Source: the human T2T-CHM13v2.0 reference genome, Homo sapiens
Length of the DNA stretch: 64,000 nt
Strand: one strand, 5' to 3'
NCBI RefSeq assembly: GCF_009914755.1
Contig: NC_060927.1
Positions 26,673-41,238 of the stretch are shown here, piece by piece. The notes under the pieces are model-generated. The model was not told the DNA's origin. It was given only the letters and a program-made list of their open reading frames with translations, and ran no database searches. Numbering within the stretch: position 1 is the stretch's first letter; every line of letters starts with the position of its first letter. Both the position numbers and the translations under genes were made by a program.

Positions 26673-29402
26673 CTCTGTAGACCTGCCACCTTCTCCCAAG
26701 CAAACGTTTCTGTGCTGAGGCCTTGTAAGAACAATGTCCTCTGCCATAGAGGGCAGAACCCAGAAGAGCGCATGCATATCTAGCACTGTTCAAGCTGCCT
26801 GCTGTCGGGGAAGCAGAGCGGGTGGAAGACCTGGGCCCCGTTCTTGCATAGGTGACAGTGCAGCTGGGAAGCTAAGAGAGAAGAATCCGTAATTAGTCAC
26901 GAGAGAAGCCATGTTGTATAGGGCGACCAGGCCTTCCTCCTCGCCCCCACCATGGTCCTGGTTCAGGCGCTGTCCCTTATCCTTGCACCATCCCTGTTAC
27001 AGCAACCTCCACCCATGCTCCCTCTCCTCTCCTCCTCCCCACACAGCTGCTGGGCGGTCTTGCCAAGTCACCATCACATCAAATCTCCCCATCTTCCACG
27101 GTTCAGGTGGCAGCCCTGGTGACCACCCCATGCCCACAGTGGAGAGGGATAGTTAAGAACATGGGCTTTGGAATCAAACTGCAGTGTCTGGGAGCTGGGA
27201 AGTTGTTTTACTGTCTGAACTTCGCCTTCCTCATCTGTACAGTGTGCAGTACAGAAATGCAGTAAATATATTAAGCACTTCCTCAGCCTTCGGTGTGATC
27301 ATCATTCTTATTACAGGGTAAGATGCGCCCTCTTTTCCTGCATCAGAGCTCTTTACTACTACTGGCGGCTTCCTGGCCACGTTCCCCTAAATCACCCCAG
27401 ATTCTAGCCCCCAACAAGCCTCCTCACTGTCTCCAAATGTGTTCTGTATTTTGGCTTTGTTCTATCTGCCTGGAATGGACCAGGAGTGGTTAGGGTTGCA
27501 GTTAAAAGCAAGGAGTCCGGTCCTGCTCCTCTAGCTGTGATTATTTGAAAAATATCCCCACTTCTGCTCCCTTTTCCACCAACCGCAATGCTACCCCTCC
27601 CAGTTGCCTGCCTGAACCCAGACCCCGGGGCAGGGTGCCACCTCTCCTTCTCTGCGTGCTGTGGAAGAACTTACCCCGTGGATGTGGATTGTCCATGGCC
27701 CATCTCCCAGCTGTCCCGAGAGCTCAGTGGCAGCAGGACTCAGACTCCAACTTGCATCTTTGTCCCTCAGCACCCAGCATGAGGCCCGGCTCCCCGGAGG
27801 TGCACAGTCGATGCGGATCAGATTGAAAATTGCCTTGACAAAATGAAGTTCTCAGTTGGGCACTACAGATAATTAGGGGCCAGAACAGACGTTAGTAAAC
27901 CACTGATCGTGTGAGCGAGACAAGCAGGACTGGATCAGAGTGAAGTGGAGCTGGAAATTGGAGTCTGACTGTCCTGCTTGCACACAGAAGAAAGCTGAGG
28001 CACAGAGAGGGGAAGGGACTGGCATAAGGTCACACAGCTAGTAAGTTTAGAGAGAGATTTCAAACCTGTGTCTACTGGACTTCAGGGCGTCAAGCTAACT
28101 GCCCTTCCTCCTCAGGTCAGCTCCTCGCAGCAGCTGCAAGGCACGAGCCATGTCTGCAGTTGGAGGAGAGCTGGGGTCTCCAAGAGGGGAGTGCTGCCCC
28201 TAGAGGCTGGCTGCCTCCTGGGGACTCTGATTAGAGCCTGCAGCCCCACAGCTCAGCCAGAATCCCACGTGACCTCCCGGGGTCTCCCTGGATACCTGTA
28301 GGCTTTGTCCAGCGCAACCGTAGAAGCCATTTTGGAGCCAGAACTCAGAGGCTCTCATGCTAGCAGCCTCTCTTGGGTTTCTTAAAAAGAACAGCAGGCC
28401 TTGTCCTTGTGGAGGTTTGTCCTGGAGGGAGGTGGCTGCTGGGGACGGGCCATACTTGTACACCCCAAATGGAGGGTTTGGGGGGTTCCACAGGTACCCC
28501 ATTAGAGACAGCAGAGTGGTTAAGAGTTTGGACACAGGAGCCCAGCTGCCTGGGTCAAGGCTTGGCATCCTTAGCTCCTAACTGGGAGACCTTTGGCACG
28601 TCACTTTAACCTCTCTGTGCCTCAGTTTACCCATCAATAAAATGGGGGCTAAAAGCAATTGAATAGACAGAAAGCATTTAGAGTGGCCCCGGCACATTAG
28701 TAAGTGTGTCCAGCTCACTTCCTCCCTGTACTGAGCTCTTCTTTTTCTTTCACCCCTTGTTAATGAAAAGTTGGGGAATTTTTCTTTTCTGTAGGCGGCT
28801 GCAGAAGGAGAACCATCCTCCTGGAATCTGTTTCACCATTGGATGGGTCTGTCATATTCCAGTAGTCGCAAAGTTGAATTTGTTCTCGCCTGGGTTGTCG
28901 GGGTGGGGATGCCCTCTGGCCTTCTTCCACATTGTGGTTTCAGAGGTGTCCTAGAAAACCTGACTTCTAGGCTCTCAGAGGCTGAGAGCAGAGGGGAAGG
29001 GCTAGAGCTTCCATTTATTCATCTGTCCTAGGACAGTGAGGCTAGGCAAACTCATCTCCATGCAGTCACATTTCTCTCCCTCTGGCATCCAGCAGCCATG
29101 CTTGGGCAGATCAGATCATGAGGCCTGATAGGTCTAATGGTTTCAGGGAATTTCACACAGGCCAGCGCCTGGGAGGCACTTTCTGGACAAGCAAATAGCA
29201 CCAGACTATAACTCAGAGGGCCTGGGTCAAGTCCTGTGTGACCTTGGGCAGGTCATTTGACGTCTCTGGGCCTTAGTGCCATCATCTGCAAAATGGGACC
29301 AATGATCAGTTTAGCGTCAATGTATTTAGCTCTTGCTGAACTGGGCACGGTGCTAGAAAATTCAAATCCAGTCATCACAGAGTGGGAAGTGCTTACTATT
29401 GA

Positions 29403-29765
<363 letters not shown>

Positions 29766-30687
29766 TCACAGTGGGATGTTGTGAACAGTAGGCACGCGAT
29801 AAATACTACTGACAAAGACACCTGCTTCTGCAAATTCCCTCTCAGGTACGTTGAGGCAGCTGAGGGGTTTATACCAAGGCATGAAACTGCTTTCCTTCAT
29901 CTCTTGAGTAAGAGTATGCGGCTGGCTGGGAGTTGGGAGTCCATAAGGTTCAGGCCACTCTCAGGCTGTGTGACCTTGGGCCAGCCACCAGTCCTTGCTG
30001 GGTTTTTTTCTTCATCTATAGAATGCCATGGTAGACCAGGTGCACCAGTTTGGCATGCAGCAAGTCTGGACCAGGAAGGAGACCAGCTGGGTCGTGGCCC
30101 TAAGCACCACTGTGCATGGGGCTGAGGTCCAAGAAGGGAGGCCTCCCATTTAGACCCCAAGCTGTCCCAACCAGCTCATTTCTCCTGTAGCCTGCATCCC
30201 ACCACAGGCCTGGCTGGCCTCTGAGGTCTTGTTAAAATGCTGGGCCTTGGAGACCCTCTCTGGCGGCTCCCTTTCCATTAGAGCACCTTCTCCAGGGAGC
30301 TTTCCCTGACCTCCAGGACAGCGCGTGGCAAGCACTGCCCACAGCACCGGCTGTCCCACACAATTCCAACCTCCCTCTAACCTTCTGTACCTGATCATCC
30401 ACTATTAATTGGTCTTCACATTTGTATAACATTTTTCAATTACAAAGCACTTTTGCGGCCATTCATCTCTTTGAGTGGCAGCCTAAGCTGCTATTTATTG
30501 ACACTTCCTGTGTGCCAGGCCCTTGGCTGGCCTCTTTCCATGCATTATCATGCAATTCTCAGAGCAATTCTGTGAAATCCACATTTACAGATGAGAAAAT
30601 TGGGACTCAAGCAAGCCAGATATGTAGCCCTATTACACAGAGATTTGAACGAAGTCCCATGAAATAATCTGGGTCATTCCTAACAAC

Positions 30688-30848
30688 AGCTTCTGAAGCT
30701 TTCCTATGTGCCTAAATCACGGGACCTGTTTAAAAATCAGCTTCTCGTTCCACAGGTCTTGAGTGGGGCCCAAGATTCTGCATTTCTGACAGGCTCCCAG
30801 GTGATGCTGATGCTGTCTCTTGAAGAACCGCACTTTGAGAAGCAAGGC
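30688..30848. mobile_element. MER5A relic
   Basis: GGGCCCAAGATTCTGCATTTCTGACAGGCTCCCAGGTGATGCTGATGCTG...CACTTTGAGAAGCA. Confidence 0.7.
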
Positions 30849-33800
30849 CCTGAATCACTGGGCAATTTGAGACCCCAGGCTGGCAAGGCTGTTTCCTTAT
30901 CTGTCAGATGGGTGAGGTAGCCCTGGCTTACATAGATGGAATGACTCCCGGATGATATAGTGCCTGTGAAATGCCTGGCACACAATAGGCGCTCAATAAA
31001 TGCTAGCTCTTCTCCTTCGATAGGAGCTGGCATGAGTCTGGGTACACAACGGATGCTCAATAAAGCCTTGTCCAATGGATTGAGCCTAGCATTTTTCCCG
31101 AAGGCAGAGAATAAACTGTATTATGTTTCCCCTTGGCATAAAGCCAAACTCAATATTAATTTCTTTCTTAAACCACAGAGTTTCAAAAAGAAATAAAGGC
31201 AAACTAGAGTGATTGCAGTCTGAAGCGAGCCTCTGTAATTTCTGTAATTACAGAACGAGAGCAAAGCAAAGCAGGCATGAGCACAGTCTCATGGAGGGAG
31301 TGGGGTGGGGATAGGGGGAGGGGAAGAGCAGGCCCTACTCCCAGACCCACTACTCCCCGTCCTCGATTCCCTGGCTTTTCAGGGCTCCCCACTCACTCCA
31401 TGGCGGGGCCATGGCCTGGGACAATGGCAGCCCTGAGACTCCAGCCCTGGCCTCTCGGTCTCTGCCTAGGTCCCCACCCCACGCAGCCGCCTGTCCCTCT
31501 GATGCAGTGGGACAGAGGGAGATTGTCCAAGGCGGTTTCCACACACTTCCCTCCCCCTTGCCTGCCATCTGGTCCAGGGCTGGGCTGCTCACAGCCAATC
31601 ATCCAGCAAGGCCCATGGCCCACGGGCCCCACCCCCAGAATAGATCCTGGGTGTCGGTGACACTTCCCCCAACTTCTGCCCATCCAGCCACCCCCATGCA
31701 AGCCACCATCATCTCTCTGGACTGGCAGCCTCTGATCATGTATCCCTGCTTCCCCCTTGCCCCTATGCAGCCTTTTCTGGGCAGCCAGAGGGAGACTCTT
31801 AAACTAACCGTAAGTCAGATCTCCCACCACTTCAACCCCCACTTCCTCCCATCCCACTTAGAATGAAACCTGAATCCTTGCTGTGACCTCTGAGACCTGT
31901 GTGACCTGGCCCCTGCCCACCACCTCTGCCTGAATCCATTTCCTCTCACACTGGACTCCAACCACCTTGGGCACCTTGGTGTCTTTCAAAAGTGCCAGGC
32001 TCCTTCCTGCCTCAGGGCCTTTGCACTTGCTGCTCCCTCTGTTTGAAATACTGTATCCCAGAGAGTCCCATTTCTGGCTCCTAATTCAGACTGAATTTTT
32101 TTTTTTTTTTTTTTGCTCAGGCCAAATAAAACAAGCCCAAGGGCCAGTTTTGACCCATTTTGCCACTTCTGATGTAGGGCTTCCAAACTGTACATGTTTT
32201 CTTTCCCTACAAAGCATCTTGTCATTCAGAGATTGGCAGAGGAATTCTTTGTGCTTGGTTTGGCCCCATTTTTATCAATGGCTTTAACACTTGGTCATAG
32301 AGCATCCACTGAGGAAGGATGGGATATCCTGGGAATGTTTTACCATCTTCCTGCCTGGAGTGTCTTTCACTAACTCCGTCCTTCCCAGAGGCCCCATGAG
32401 CGAGTCATCTTCTGGTTTACGAATCTGATCCCATTATCAGCCCTGCCCCATCCCTGCAGCTAGTCCCCAGGTTCCTTAGTCCGGTGTCCAAGACCCTTCA
32501 TATACTGACCTTCCTAGCTTCACACTGTATACTTTAGTACATGTGTTTCCCTCCACTTGGAACGCCTTTTCTCTCTTTTTAAACCTGATGAACACCTATT
32601 CAACCTTCAAAGCCTTGCTCAAAGGACGCCTCGCCTAGGATACTTTCTCTGGCTGTATTAATGCGTTTCTTCTAGGCCTCCCGTGTCTTGTTCTTACACC
32701 TCTTGCAGCACTTATCACAGGGTATTATGATCAGCTATAGGCAGAAATATTTCTCCTTCTAGGCCATGACCTTGACAAGGGCAAGGGTCTTGTCTTATGA
32801 AATTCTCACACCCTGAGTGTCCACCCCAGCTCCACCCACATAGGAGGCCTCAGTAAGGATTTACAGAAATGAATCTTTCTGCTGGAACCTGTTAGTTCAC
32901 TGATTCGGATTCTGGTGACCAGGGTGTAGTTCAGAATACAAAATGCTTGAAGAGACGGCTCCATTGTCGTTTCAGCACATAGCATGTGCTCAGTAAATAC
33001 TTGCAGAATGAATGTGTTAGTGAGTGAGTACAGAGGACCTGACATGTCATCACTGGTGGTCTCACGTTAATAGTGCCCTTTGAACGTGGCTTTGGTGGAA
33101 TTAAGTTAATCGTGGTATAGTATGCACCTGAAGGAATGTGGAGCCGCATGCTGGGTCTGCAGAATGTTGTCACCTGATGAAGAAGAACTGGAAGACGCTG
33201 GAAGAAGGCTTTGGAAAAATGCCCAGATCATGAGAAGGTGAGAGGTGTTTCTTCCGCCTGCTCCACCAGCAGGTAAAGGAGGCTGATCACAGGCTGGCAC
33301 TCAGGGCGAGGTGGAAGAAATGCGTGGTCTTGCCACTACAGACCCGCAGAGCTGTCCTCCAACATGATCCAAGAGAGCCACAAAACACAGGGGTGTGTCT
33401 TGGGAAAGGAAAAGTAACAACTTGCAAAAAGGTTGGTTCTGCTTCAGAGAAATGTTCTAGAAAGACAGCCAAGTTACCCTGCCGTGAACTCACACACACC
33501 TGTGCTTTCTGCATGTTATGTTTCATAGGAGAGGGAAGTGCCGGGAATTAAAATTGCGGATGCACTGTTCCCCAGGTGTGTGGGTGAGGCACGCTTCCTG
33601 GGACCACTCCATTTAAGCATTGGGTCCCAGGCATGTTCACTACTAGCAGGAGGCTCTTTATCAATTTCCTCCCGTGGACCAGATGATTGGGATTTTTTTT
33701 TCTACCAGACTTTATTACAGAATAACTATTTTTGTATTAACTAAGCAAACAAATGTACCGCTCCCAGCTTCTGACTGGCCCAAGGTGCTGAGCTAGACCT

Positions 33801-36146
33801 CTTTGCTTTGGTACAAAGAGAGCCCAAAGCCAAGAGACTTGGCATTTCTGTTAGCTGGTATTCCCCAGGGTGACTAAAAGGATGATTTCCATTGGATTTT
33901 TTTAAATGCTGAAGACACTGAAAGACCTGAATAGTAAGCCCGTAATAAACGTTATTCGGTATTATTATTGTTGTTGTTGTAGCCTTCTGGGAAGTTGCGA
34001 ATGCCAAATTAAGAACAATGGACCCATACCCAGATGGTGGCGATTGCAGTGATAACAATGGCTGAGATTTCCTAAGCCCTAACTATATGCCAGGCATAGT
34101 TGTACATGCTTTACACACATGATCTCATTTAATCATCACCATAACCCTCGGAAGGAGTTATTATTATCTTCCCATTTTATAGATGAGGGTCAGAGAGGTG
34201 AAGTAACTCACCCAGCATTAGTAGGTGTTGGAGGGAGCCGAGGTCTGTCTGACTCAGCACCAGGGTGGCTTTGCTGCTGTGTAAGTCAAAGAGCCTTCTC
34301 CGTTCTAAATCCTCAAAGAAGTATGAGTTATATCAATTCATGGCTTTACTTTGTTTATCTTCATATGTGCCACATCTTCTAAAAGGAAAACTCCAAATAT
34401 AGTCATGTGGCTCCTCCTAGGGAATTATAGGCATTTGGCTGAATCTGAATACATATCCCCGTATTCCAGAAATTGGAAATCACATGTATGTCTTCTTTAT
34501 GGTGAGGTCTTCAGAGCAGCCACCGTCTCTGATCGTTCAGGGCTTGGCATGAGGAGGTGCTCAATATAGTCATGGAGAAGAACTCATGGACTGAACTTCC
34601 TGGTGAACCAGAGGGATGGTGCAGAGATTTAAGATTGCAACAGGAACCCCCAAGCCAATGTAAGCAAAACATCTATTTCATGACTATGGGAATGTTTTGT
34701 AAAATCCAAGCACCAGCCTGAAGAAAGCCTGGAACTGCAAACTAGGAGCTTTGAGACACTCTATCTTTTGATGTCTAGTTTTCTCCTTCCTCAGCAGACC
34801 AAATCTCACTCTGAGTACAAGATGGGCAGAGGATGGCTGCCCCAGAGTCCCCAAGTCACTAGCAAAACTGCCCTTCTTCCTGGGTCCCATGCCAAATTCC
34901 AGAGAAGGAATTTGATTGGCTAGCCTGGGTCAGGTGGTCAGTCCTGATTCAAGGTGATTGGATCATTTTGAACAAATATGGCAGCTGGAGCCCACAAGGG
35001 TAGATCATGGGACCGTTAAGGGCATCATTGTTACCAGAGTTAATGGCTGAGGCTGCTCTCTCCTGCGTATCCCAAGAGTCCCTGGTAGACCACAGAATCG
35101 GCCGCCTCCTACTATCCTGCCATTCTCCAGAAGGGGAGGCAGGCACCCTACTGAGTCCAGAGCTCTCTCTAACATTGCCATGCCCAGGCCAGGATCTAGA
35201 TGGGCATCCAAGACCAGCCTGTGTGCCGTGAAGGAGTTCAAAGTGAGCAGGCCATCCCTGAGAACGAGGAGCAGGGGTGTTAGGAAAGTTTGGATTATCT
35301 GAAGATGGCCTGGTTCTCCGTGAACTCTGGGAGGAGATGATGGTGTTTGGTAATGGGGACTGCATGCGAGGGGCTGGAGGGCGAGTGCACAGCAGACTGG
35401 GCCCCCGCCGGGCAAAGCTGCGGGGAGGAGGCCGCGTGGGGAGGGCCAGGGCCACGCCGCACCTTGCTTTGGCGCAGCTCCCAGCTCTGAGGGAATGCAG
35501 ACCGCTTCACATGTTCTGGTTTGTTCTGAGGGTTCCATAAGTTTATTTTTTGTTATATTATTAATTTAAATCAGTTTTGTAGAGCATTATAGAAATTAAA
35601 AAAGCACAAAGAAGAAAACAAAAGTCACTCAAAAACTAAGCATTGTAACCATCTTTGGGTATATCCTTTTTTAAAATAGATGTGGGGGGTGGGGGCAAAA
35701 TGGGATAATTCGAAATAAACTGTCTAGAAACCTGCCTTTCTCACCCCAAAACAAGGTGCTCTTTCTCGTGTTCTTACGTGGTCTTTTTGTTACATTTCCA
35801 CAAGTTTGGATGGAGGACAGAGAAAAGTCTCAGCAGCCCCTCTGTTGGTTTCTCTTTTCTTCTGATAAAATTATGGAATGTCTTCTCCACGCTGCCCTCA
35901 TCCCACGCCCACAGCTGTCCCGAGGGCAGCGGGCCCCACTCCTGCATGTTCCCAGCACCCCAAGGGCCAGTGCCATGCTGCATGGTCTCGCTGCGGCCAC
36001 CCTGGCTGGGGACGCTCTGCGGGACACGCGCACAGCCCAGACGCCCTGGCAGGCTTCCTGCACCCCTGCTGCCCTCTGTAGGAGCTGCCTGCCTGCCCCA
36101 TCGCTGCTTCACCATCCCTCCTCTCCTCCCCTTCTCTGCTTTGCAG

Positions 36147-36208
36147 GATCTCACCCAAGGTGGCAGAAGGAGGCCTTCTGGAGCTGACCCACCCCCGACG
36201 ACCATCAG
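36147..36208 (+). other. SLC6A1: SLC6A1 exon 2 (non-coding, 62 nt)
   Basis: Long pyrimidine tract plus TTGCAG acceptor at 36146; donor CAG|GTAACG at 36208. Confidence 0.75.
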
Positions 36209-36783
36209 GTAACGTCAACAGCCCCGGTAACAACATCCATGAGTGGAGTTCTCTCTCTTAACCAGGTTGGCGAAAAGCACTCTTGCAGCGATTACAGCTG
36301 AGTTTTGATGCAACTCTACAAGCCAGAGGGGATTGCCCCCATTTTATACATGGGGAAACTAAGCACACACAACAGCAGTACTTGGTAGTAGTATTGAGTA
36401 GTAGTACTGAGCAGTAGTACTCAGCTGGTAGAAGGCAGACCGGAGATTTGAACTCAGGACTAGTCTCAGCCCAATTTCCTCCACTGTACTGTACCCCACG
36501 CTGCCCCTGGAAATAAAAAGGTAAGAAGGCTGCAGAGTGTCAGTAGAATATCTTAGGGTGATTGAAGGCTGAAAGAGGTCATCTAAACCAGTGGCCCTTA
36601 GCTGAGGGCCAGGGCTGGGCTACCAGTATAAGAATCTCCTTTGGCAGAGCTTGTTAAAAGTATAGACTCAGGACTTCCTGCAACCCAGTGAGAGATGTAC
36701 CAGTGTCATCCTCATTTTAAAAGATAGGGGCACACAGAGGTTGAGTGTACTTAAGGTCACACAGCTCAAAAGTGGTAAAGTCG

Positions 36784-37109
<326 letters not shown>

Positions 37110-37526
37110 CTAGGCTCTGTCGTCTTCACCCAGACACCTCTGTAGTGGGGACACCTTTCTCCCCATTCAGCCACAGGTGGAGCTTCTTTCTTGCTCACCC
37201 TGGCGATGGCTAGTATGGCCGCAGAGTGTGACAAGGCTCCCAATTGCATCCTTGGAGGCAAAGTTAAAGATTTTATGATTAAGTACTTAACATTTCCTGT
37301 TGGAAGTTTGGTGGCCTCAGATTTCTCCTCTGAGCAGGACATACAACAGAGGGTTGGACACAGATGGCCAGAGTTGAAGCTAGGCCAGGAAACATCGCTG
37401 TGTCTTTGGAAACAAAAGTCACCTTCCTTCCTCCAGGAGCAAGGGCGGGTGAGAGGAAGAGGGCTTATAGAGAGCCTTTTCAAGCCCCTAGCTTGTTTAT
37501 GGGTTATTTTGTTTTTGTCATTTTAG

Positions 37527-37976
<450 letters not shown>

Positions 37977-38213
37977 TAGGCATTTTTCTGGGGCAACTGT
38001 AGGAGAAAAGCCCCCCTAAAGACTCCAGAGGGAGCACCAGGCCCCATTTCTTGTTTCTTGTCCCTTTATCAAAAGATTCCTGAAGGACAATTGTCCTCTG
38101 TTAATGATACCAAGAAATTCATCTATTCACCTGCAAAAAATGGGATGTATTTCACATATGGCTTTCCTTGGGCCTGTGGTTGGCTGTGGGTCCTGCTTTT
38201 GAGGCAGGTATAA

Positions 38214-38537
<324 letters not shown>

Positions 38538-39025
38538 TGACATCACATATCCATCCACCAGGTGCATATCTGAGCAGAGTGAGGGCTGTTGCAAGGGGCC
38601 AGGTGGCAGATGACAGTGCTGGTCAGAAACTAGGGAGGTGGAGGTGGAGAGGCCCAATCCAGAGTCCCCCGCACATCAGCCTGCTCTGTCCTGTTAGCCC
38701 ATCTATTTCCTCTGCAAGGGCTGGGTGTGACTTTCTTTGCCTCGTGCTCAGTGCCTGACAGGCACCCAGGTAGATACGTGGTGAGTCATGCTCACTGACC
38801 GAGGGCCTGGGCCTCACCTCGTCCGGCAAGCTGAGACCCCAGCCCTGCCTGCCACCAGTCTGCACTGGGCCCCAGACATGAGTCCTGGCCCCCTGGCTTG
38901 TCAGATGTACATGACCTTCAGCAAGTCACTGCCTCTCTCTTAGCCTCAGTGTCCTCAGTAATGCCTGTCTCCGAGATCAATAAGATTGTAGAGGTCATGG
39001 AACATGCCACGACAGTTCATGTTAA

Positions 39026-39247
<222 letters not shown>

Positions 39248-39556
39248 TGACAAGGCCATTCCTCCAGGAGTGGGGAACTTGGTTTGTCTTTTGTGGGCCT
39301 TGGTCTCCCCACAACAGCCATAGCCTCACAAATTTAGCATCTCCTGTGAGACAGGCACTCCTTGCAGGCTCACATCCAATCCTCATGACACCCCTCTAAA
39401 GTGGGTATTGTTAGCACATTTTATATGGACACAGACAGCCTGGGTTCAAATCCTCACTCTACTATATACCAGCTGTGCAACTTCAGAAAAGAGACTTAAC
39501 CTCTCTGAGTCTCAGTGCCCTCATTTATAAAATGGAAATAAAATTAGAACCTGCCC

Positions 39557-40225
39557 CAGTTCCTCAAAAAATTAAACATAGAATTACCATATGATCCAGC
39601 AATTCTGCTTCTGAGTAGATACCTGAAGAATTACAAGCAGCTCTCAAAGAGATATTTGTACACTCCTGTTCACAGCAGCACTATTCACAGTAGGCAAAAG
39701 GTGGAAGCAAGCCAAGCGTTCACTGATAAATGAATTGGTAAGCAAAATGTGGTCTATACATACAATGGAATGTAATTCAGCCTTAAAAGGAAGGAAATTC
39801 TGACGCATGCATCAACATGGATGGACCTTGAGGATATTATGTCAAGTGAAAGCCGGTCACAAAAATACAAATAGTGTTTGATCTTGCTTATATGAGTTCC
39901 CTAGAGTAATCAAATTTATAGAGACAGAAAGTAGAATGATGGTTGCCAGGGGTTGTGGGTAGGGGGATGAGGAGTTGTTGTTTAGTGGGTGGAGTTGCAG
40001 TTTTGCAAAATGAAAAAAGTTCTGGAGCTGGATGCTGACAATGTTAGGCAATACATTTCTCACAATGTACTCCCATTGTTAAGTGACACATGACTGTATT
40101 TGCAGAGGTGTGGCAGGGTTCAGGGAGCTACATTATGGGTATACTTAATGCTTCTAAATTGTACAGGCACCAATAGTTAAGATGGTAAATGTTGTGTGTA
40201 TTTTATCAAAATTAAAAAATGAAAG
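39557..40225 (+). mobile_element. L1MB-like 3' fragment (inserted in a MIR, intron 5)
   Basis: CAGTTCCTCAAAAAATTAAACATAGAATTACCATATGATCCAGCAATTC... plus L1MB 3' UTR motifs. Confidence 0.8.
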
Positions 40226-40353
40226 AAAACAAAAAGTGAAACCCACCTCATAGGGTTCTTGTGAGGATTAAGGAGCAGATATGTGTAAGGAACTTAGAAC
40301 TGCGCCTGGCAGAGAACAAGCCCTGTAAGTGTTTGCTGGTGTCGTTGCAGTGA

Positions 40354-40788
<435 letters not shown>

Positions 40789-40896
40789 TGAGTATGGGGC
40801 CATCAGGGGATGGCAGGGACGGGGCATGTCAGCCAGAGCCCGGCAGGAGACAGAGGCCCCTCGGAGGGGTAACAGAAGAGGTGGATAAAGGGGCTA

Positions 40897-41238
40897 CAGT
40901 CATGTGTCACATCATGACATTTTGGTCATCAGTGGACCACATATGCAACGATGGTCCCATAAGATTATAATACCATATTTTTACTTTACCTTTTCTACGT
41001 CTAGACATGTCTAGTACCGAAATGCATTGTGTTACAGTTGCGTACAATATTCAGTACAGTCATGTGCTGTACAGGTTTGTAGTCTAGGAGCAATAGGCCA
41101 CACCGTATGGCATAGGAGTGTAGCAGGCTAGACCATCTAGGTTTGTGCAAGTACACGCTATGATATGCACACAACAACAAAATTGCTTAAGAACGCATTT
41201 CTCAGAACATATCCCTGTTGTTAAGTGACACATGACTA
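40897..41238 (+). mobile_element. Tigger3a/MER7A (Tc1/mariner-Tigger) with TA TSD
   Basis: TA|CAGTCATGTGTCAC...GGTCCCATAAGATTATAATA...GTGACACATGACTA|TA. Confidence 0.85.

Noticed and set aside
28795-28950. Strong acceptor ttttcttttctgtag in intron 1
   Set aside because: No convincing donor within exon-size distance.
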